Origin: Eledone cirrhosa
Lineage: Eukaryota
Reading direction: 5' to 3'
NCBI GenBank assembly: GCA_964016885.1
Contig: OZ024742.1
Coordinates: 40,982,001-41,046,000, forward strand
DNA: 64,000 nt
Shown: piece by piece, positions 58,321-64,000 of the stretch
Numbering within the stretch: position 1 is the first letter of the stretch
How the letters are laid out: each line of letters opens with the position of its first letter
Notes under the pieces: generated by a model
What the model was told of the DNA's origin: nothing
Database searches by the model: none
The model's input: the letters and a program-made list of their open reading frames with translations, nothing else
Program-made: the position numbers and the translations under genes

Positions 58321-59723
58321 TTAGAAGTGGTTACACAACAGTTAGTTCACCATACCGAGAACAATTGTTTCACCTTAACGGATCCTCAGCTCGTAATGGA
58401 CATGATTATACGGAACAGGAAGGACAACCGTATGAACACGCATGCGCAGAAACGATCACTTCACACAGGCAATACTAAAATGTGTGCGAGAGGTGTAAGG
58501 GAGATAACTGCGAAAGTCCGAAAAGTTTCTAGTTGATAAGAAAATTAGGATGTTGTTGTAATTCAATCCGGAGCTTTGTAGTTACGTAAGAGGTGTTTCG
58601 AGACCTGTGGACAATGTGTGAAGAATTCATTTCTCGTGTTTAGGCAATCGCTATTGCATAATCTCTTTAGAATATTTATTCGTTCATCAATACATAGTCC
58701 ACACGACGGATTTCCCCGTGCGTATGGCTTGGACTTAGTGATGGCTTTCCATTGAATGGAGTAGTCTATACTTGAGTCCTTGAGGGACCATACGTGGCTC
58801 GCGAGTTTCGTGGATGAACGTCTGTCCGGGCACCTAAAGGTCGACTGGTGGTTCAGGAAGCGTTCCTTAAATCGGCCCTCCGCCGTACCCACATAGGATT
58901 TGACCTCCTCTGGTTGATTTGGTCGGTTGGAAGTGACCACAGCTTCATAAACTACAGCGGGTGTGTTGCATTGCTGTTGAAGGGGACAAGCTTCAGGCTT
59001 ACGGAAAGAGCACCCTGGTGGGGTGTTGGTTTTAGGGTTGTTGGTGATGTGGGCCTTCATGTTCTTAGCGCAGGAGTATCCTAGTTTAACTTTGTGTCGG
59101 TTAAAGATGGAGCGGTATTTATGACCTATGGGAAAGTGTCTATCTAAGAGGGCTAGAAATGTTTTGCCTACATTGGTTTTAACGTTGAATGAGAAGGGAG
59201 GAGAGAACCAGATAGTTTGTCTATTGTTACGCTTTCTTTTCTTATTGCTGTTGTTGATAGTGAGAGAGTAAGTGACAGGTTGCGAGAAGCCGCTGTTAGC
59301 TAACGCCGTGTTATAGTAGGGTGTCGCCCTGTCAAAGATAGCCTTATTAGAGGAGAGGTTTGAGATTCTAGTACTGATATTATTTACGAAGTTTCTAAAA
59401 ACAGTGGGAGGGTGGCATGAGTCCTTGTGAATGTAATTGAGTTTTTCGTTTAGCTTATGGAAGGGGCTGTGGGTGTCTGGAAGGGTCTGTGGCTCGATAA
59501 GGTCAGTCCATCGTCGCGGTATATTCCTGTGTGGAAGTCCGGAAATCTAACACGTAATATGTCTAAAATAAATAGGCCAACCAAGTCGCATACGTCAGCA
59601 CTTTCAAACGATCCCATGGAGACGTCGAATACGTCTGAAGTTGTTGACTTCTTTGTCCAGGCTACTCCGTCGTTGAAGAGGAGGGGTTTCCGGCAGTGAG
59701 CGATGGTTTCCCTGTCTAAACCG
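58321..59723 (-). mobile_element. 5'-truncated Penelope-like element, Neptune type (RT C-term, thumb, Cys linker, GIY-YIG, pseudo-LTR)
   Basis: FDVSMGSFESADVCDLVG..GIYRDDGL; YIHKDSCHPP; C..RKPEACPLQQQC linker; VVYEAVV..SYVG..RFLNH..CGLCIDE..LN GIY-YIG. Confidence 0.93.
58356..58393 (-). ncRNA. Minimal hammerhead in PLE pseudo-LTR
   Basis: CGAG-CTGAGGA-tCC GTTAA GGt-GAAAC-AATT-GTT-CTCG; the opposite copy 60323-60360 (+) has C3->G and G12->C. Confidence 0.82.
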
Positions 59724-60460
59724 AAGCTTGTCCCCTTCAACAACAATGCAACACACCCGCTGTAGTTTATGAAGCTGTGGTCACTTCCAACAGACCAAAT
59801 CAACCACAGGAGGTCAAATCCTATGTGGGTATGGCGGAGGGCCGATTTAAGGAACGCTTCCTGAACCACCAGTCGACCTTTAGGTACCCGGACAGACGTT
59901 CATCCACGAAACTCGCGAGCCACGTATGGTCCCTCAAGGACTCAAGTATAGACTACTCCATTCAATGGAAAGCCATCACTAAGTCCAAACCATACGCAAG
60001 GGGAAATCAGTCGTGTGGACTATGTATTGATGAACGAATAAATATTCTAAAGAGATTATGCAATAGCGATTGCCTAAACACGAGAAATGAATTCTTCACA
60101 CGTTGTCCACAGGTCTCGAAACACCTCTTACGTAACTACAAAGCTCCGGATTGAATTACAACAACATCCTAATTTTCTTACCAACTAGAAATTTTCGGAC
60201 TTTCGCAGTTGTCTCCCTTACAGCTCTCGCACACATTTTAGTATTGCCCGTGTGAAGTGATCATTTCTACGCATGCGCGTTCGTACGGTTGTCCTTCCTG
60301 TTCCGTATAACCATATCCATTACGAGGTGAGGATCCGTTAAGGTCAAACAATTGTTCTCGGTATGGTGAACGAACTGTTGTGTTACCACTTCTACCTAAC
60401 TCGTCCCATGGACCGAGTGCTCTACCACTACGGATATTACCTTCCACTGTTCTACCACTA
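59723..60460 (+). mobile_element. Inverted 3' copy of the same PLE (GIY-YIG + pseudo-LTR)
   Basis: ORF 59777-60154 mirrors 58563-58940; junction at GAAGCTT 59723; ends in (TA)n. Confidence 0.92.
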
Positions 60461-60517
60461 TATATATGTTTATATATATATATGTTTATATATATGTGTT
60501 TATATATATTTATATAT

Positions 60518-60633
<116 letters not shown>

Positions 60634-60804
60634 ATATATATATATATATATAGTACATATATATATATAGTACATATATATATATGTATATATATTGTAC
60701 ATATATATATATATATGTCAGTGTATATATATATATGTGTATATATATATATATGTGTGTGTGTTTTGGTTTGTGTATGTATACATATTATCTCCCTCTC
60801 TCTC

Positions 60805-60851
<47 letters not shown>

Positions 60852-60930
60852 AGATAAGCGGAGCAAGCAAGATTCAAACAATTTTTTTAAATAAATTAAA
60901 AATATAATTTAAATATTTACCTATTCCATT

Positions 60931-61013
60931 TGCTTTTACCAACGGTTTCACTTCACAAAAGATTGGAGATAGCTAGGGACTTCCAATGGAAAAGTTTAGA
61001 TCATCAGAGAGCA
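60931..61013 (-). ncRNA. Probable type I hammerhead
   Basis: TGCTCT-CTGATGA-tCT..ATTGGA..TCCAAT..AGt-GAAAC-CGTTG-GTA-AAAGCA in a TA-flanked block 60850-61270. Confidence 0.65.
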
Positions 61014-61289
61014 TTTTCCTTTCCTAGGACAAAAAGTCCCAGGAACGGCAAAATATGTTGCCACCTGCCAGCTAGCACAGGATCGAATGGGGCCGAAAAT
61101 TTGACCTATGCATGAACCAGCCCTTAGTAGAAGCGGAAGTAAACATAGACGCATTCTCTACCTCGCCACTAAAAATAGCAGCTAAATAAAACAACAGATA
61201 TTTTCTCTACATAATGGAGAATATTAAAAGAAGTTAATATCCCCACAGGTACTAAGTACCCCTGGAAATATATATATATATATATATAT

Positions 61290-62631
<1,342 letters not shown>

Positions 62632-62663
62632 CAGTAATCAAAGTTCAGTTTAAGTCATTTATT

Positions 62664-62710
62664 TGCTTACAATTGTTTCCTCCAAACCGAGGTTTGGATT
62701 CTTCGGAGCA
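62664..62710 (-). ncRNA. Minimal hammerhead, CCGAAGA family
   Basis: TGCT-CCGAAGA-aTCCAAACC tc GGTTTGGAg-GAAAC-AATT-GTA-AGCA; flanks are diverged homologues of 32100-32240. Confidence 0.8.
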
Positions 62711-63145
62711 GCTATTTATAACATACTTGACCTCCTTTTCAACCCAAGAGACACATAAAACATATGCGCATATTGATCAACAGTGGGGTGACATTCATCA
62801 AATGAAATAGCATGGCAATTTACATATAAAGTGTTACATGATAAAAATAAAATAAAATAAAAGCAAGATTGAAAATAAAGATAAACATGAAGCGTTGGCA
62901 GTCTATGAAGATAAAGCAAGAGGAAAGCTTAGAGTAGTCAGTGCATGAAGCAATCTCCCGTGTAGCATGCACGCCTGTCTTATCTATACATGATTAGAGT
63001 GCGTCAGAATGATATTTGCAGGGTCAGGCAGTTGAAGCAGGCAATCGATCTTATTATATAGGCTGAATTATTAAGTCATTTATTCTCATACATCTGTATG
63101 ATATACAGTCTCGGATGCGGGGAAACACCAAAATATCAAAAACCT

Positions 63146-64000
63146 TCAATGTTGAAGATACCTGCTCAGAGCAGTAGTGGCTGCCTGCGAGAGATCTCTG
63201 TCAACCTTACTGTACTGTGTCAACTCCACGTAGAATTGAAGGTCATTGGATGGTGCATCAGCACACTTGACTGCTGTCAGCCAGTATCGTACGTAGAACA
63301 GAGCATTGAACATACAGATCCGGCGCAACCTTTCCATTTTAGCTTAATCGTAATTGAGTCGCTCACCAAATGCATACATCTTTTCACTATAGATGATTGT
63401 GGATATCCACCAAGCGTTATGATGTGCACCAGGCTGCATCCAATGAATTCCACGAGGAGGGATGACACCAAGCAAGATCAACATCAACTCAGCACATTCT
63501 CGGTAGTCGTCCCGTGGAAGAGAACTCATTTTCCCAACGTCGGATGTCAGCAAATCTTGGAGAAACTTGATGTTCTCAGAACACAGACGCCTGAGTCTCC
63601 GGTCGACAATGTTCAATGTTTTAAAGTTGATCTTGTCCGTGAGTGACACCCAATCTTTTTTGAACTCCTTGAACTCTGGGGTGTCTGGACTGGACATTGC
63701 TCCGAATAGTTGTTGCCACACTGCACACAAGATACGCTCCATGACATGGTGCCGACAAGCAAAATAAAACACCTTTTTGTTGAGCATCTCTTCTAGTTTC
63801 ACGCAGGCGCCATTTTTCCATCCAGAATTCGAAGCAATTGTGTCGAAGACCAAGCCCACCACAGACCCATCAACATTCCAATCTTTAACAAGATCAAATG
63901 ATGTTTTGGCTTTGGTGGTTCCAGTGCCATCAGGAATTATGGGAACACCGAGGAGTTTACCTTCTCTGAAGTCCGGAGTTCCAGCAACTAGCACACCTAG
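63146..64000 (-). pseudogene. hAT-superfamily (hATm-like) transposase remnant, runs off window end
   Basis: FDTIASNSGWKNGAC, ACRHH (CxxH), PRDDYRE, PGAHHNAWW..IIY; after an in-frame stop continues as LFYVRYW..APSNDL (63146-63337). Confidence 0.75.

Overview
This is a eukaryotic, repeat-saturated window with no recognisable host protein-coding gene. The very dense (TA)n/(TACA)n/(GATA)n microsatellites and tRNA-derived SINEs with a Deu/Nin-like domain suggest an octopus/cephalopod genome (inference). Bases 1-18.7 kb are a 28-bp C/A-rich minisatellite with higher-order duplications, and its long ORFs are by-products of the repeat. The remainder contains a 200-N gap, a 1.9-kb pentamer satellite, SINEs and decayed transposons: an R4/Dong-like RLE LINE in (TACA)n, RTE fragments, two tandem 5'-truncated L1/Tx1 LINEs in (GATA)n, a Neptune-type Penelope-like element (PLE) with an inverted 5' copy, Tc1/mariner, hAT-Charlie and a hAT(m)-like transposase. 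The main signal missed by the ORF track is about 23 type I hammerhead ribozyme (HHR) motifs from roughly 11 sequence families between 21 and 63 kb, all found by eye. Most have a palindromic stem III. They sit in non-coding, (TA)n-flanked, tandem or fold-back units of about 420-600 bp that resemble PLE pseudo-LTRs or non-LTR retrozymes. They show compensatory changes and include non-canonical cores (U3-A8; CCGAnGA). Ribozyme activity and expression are untested.
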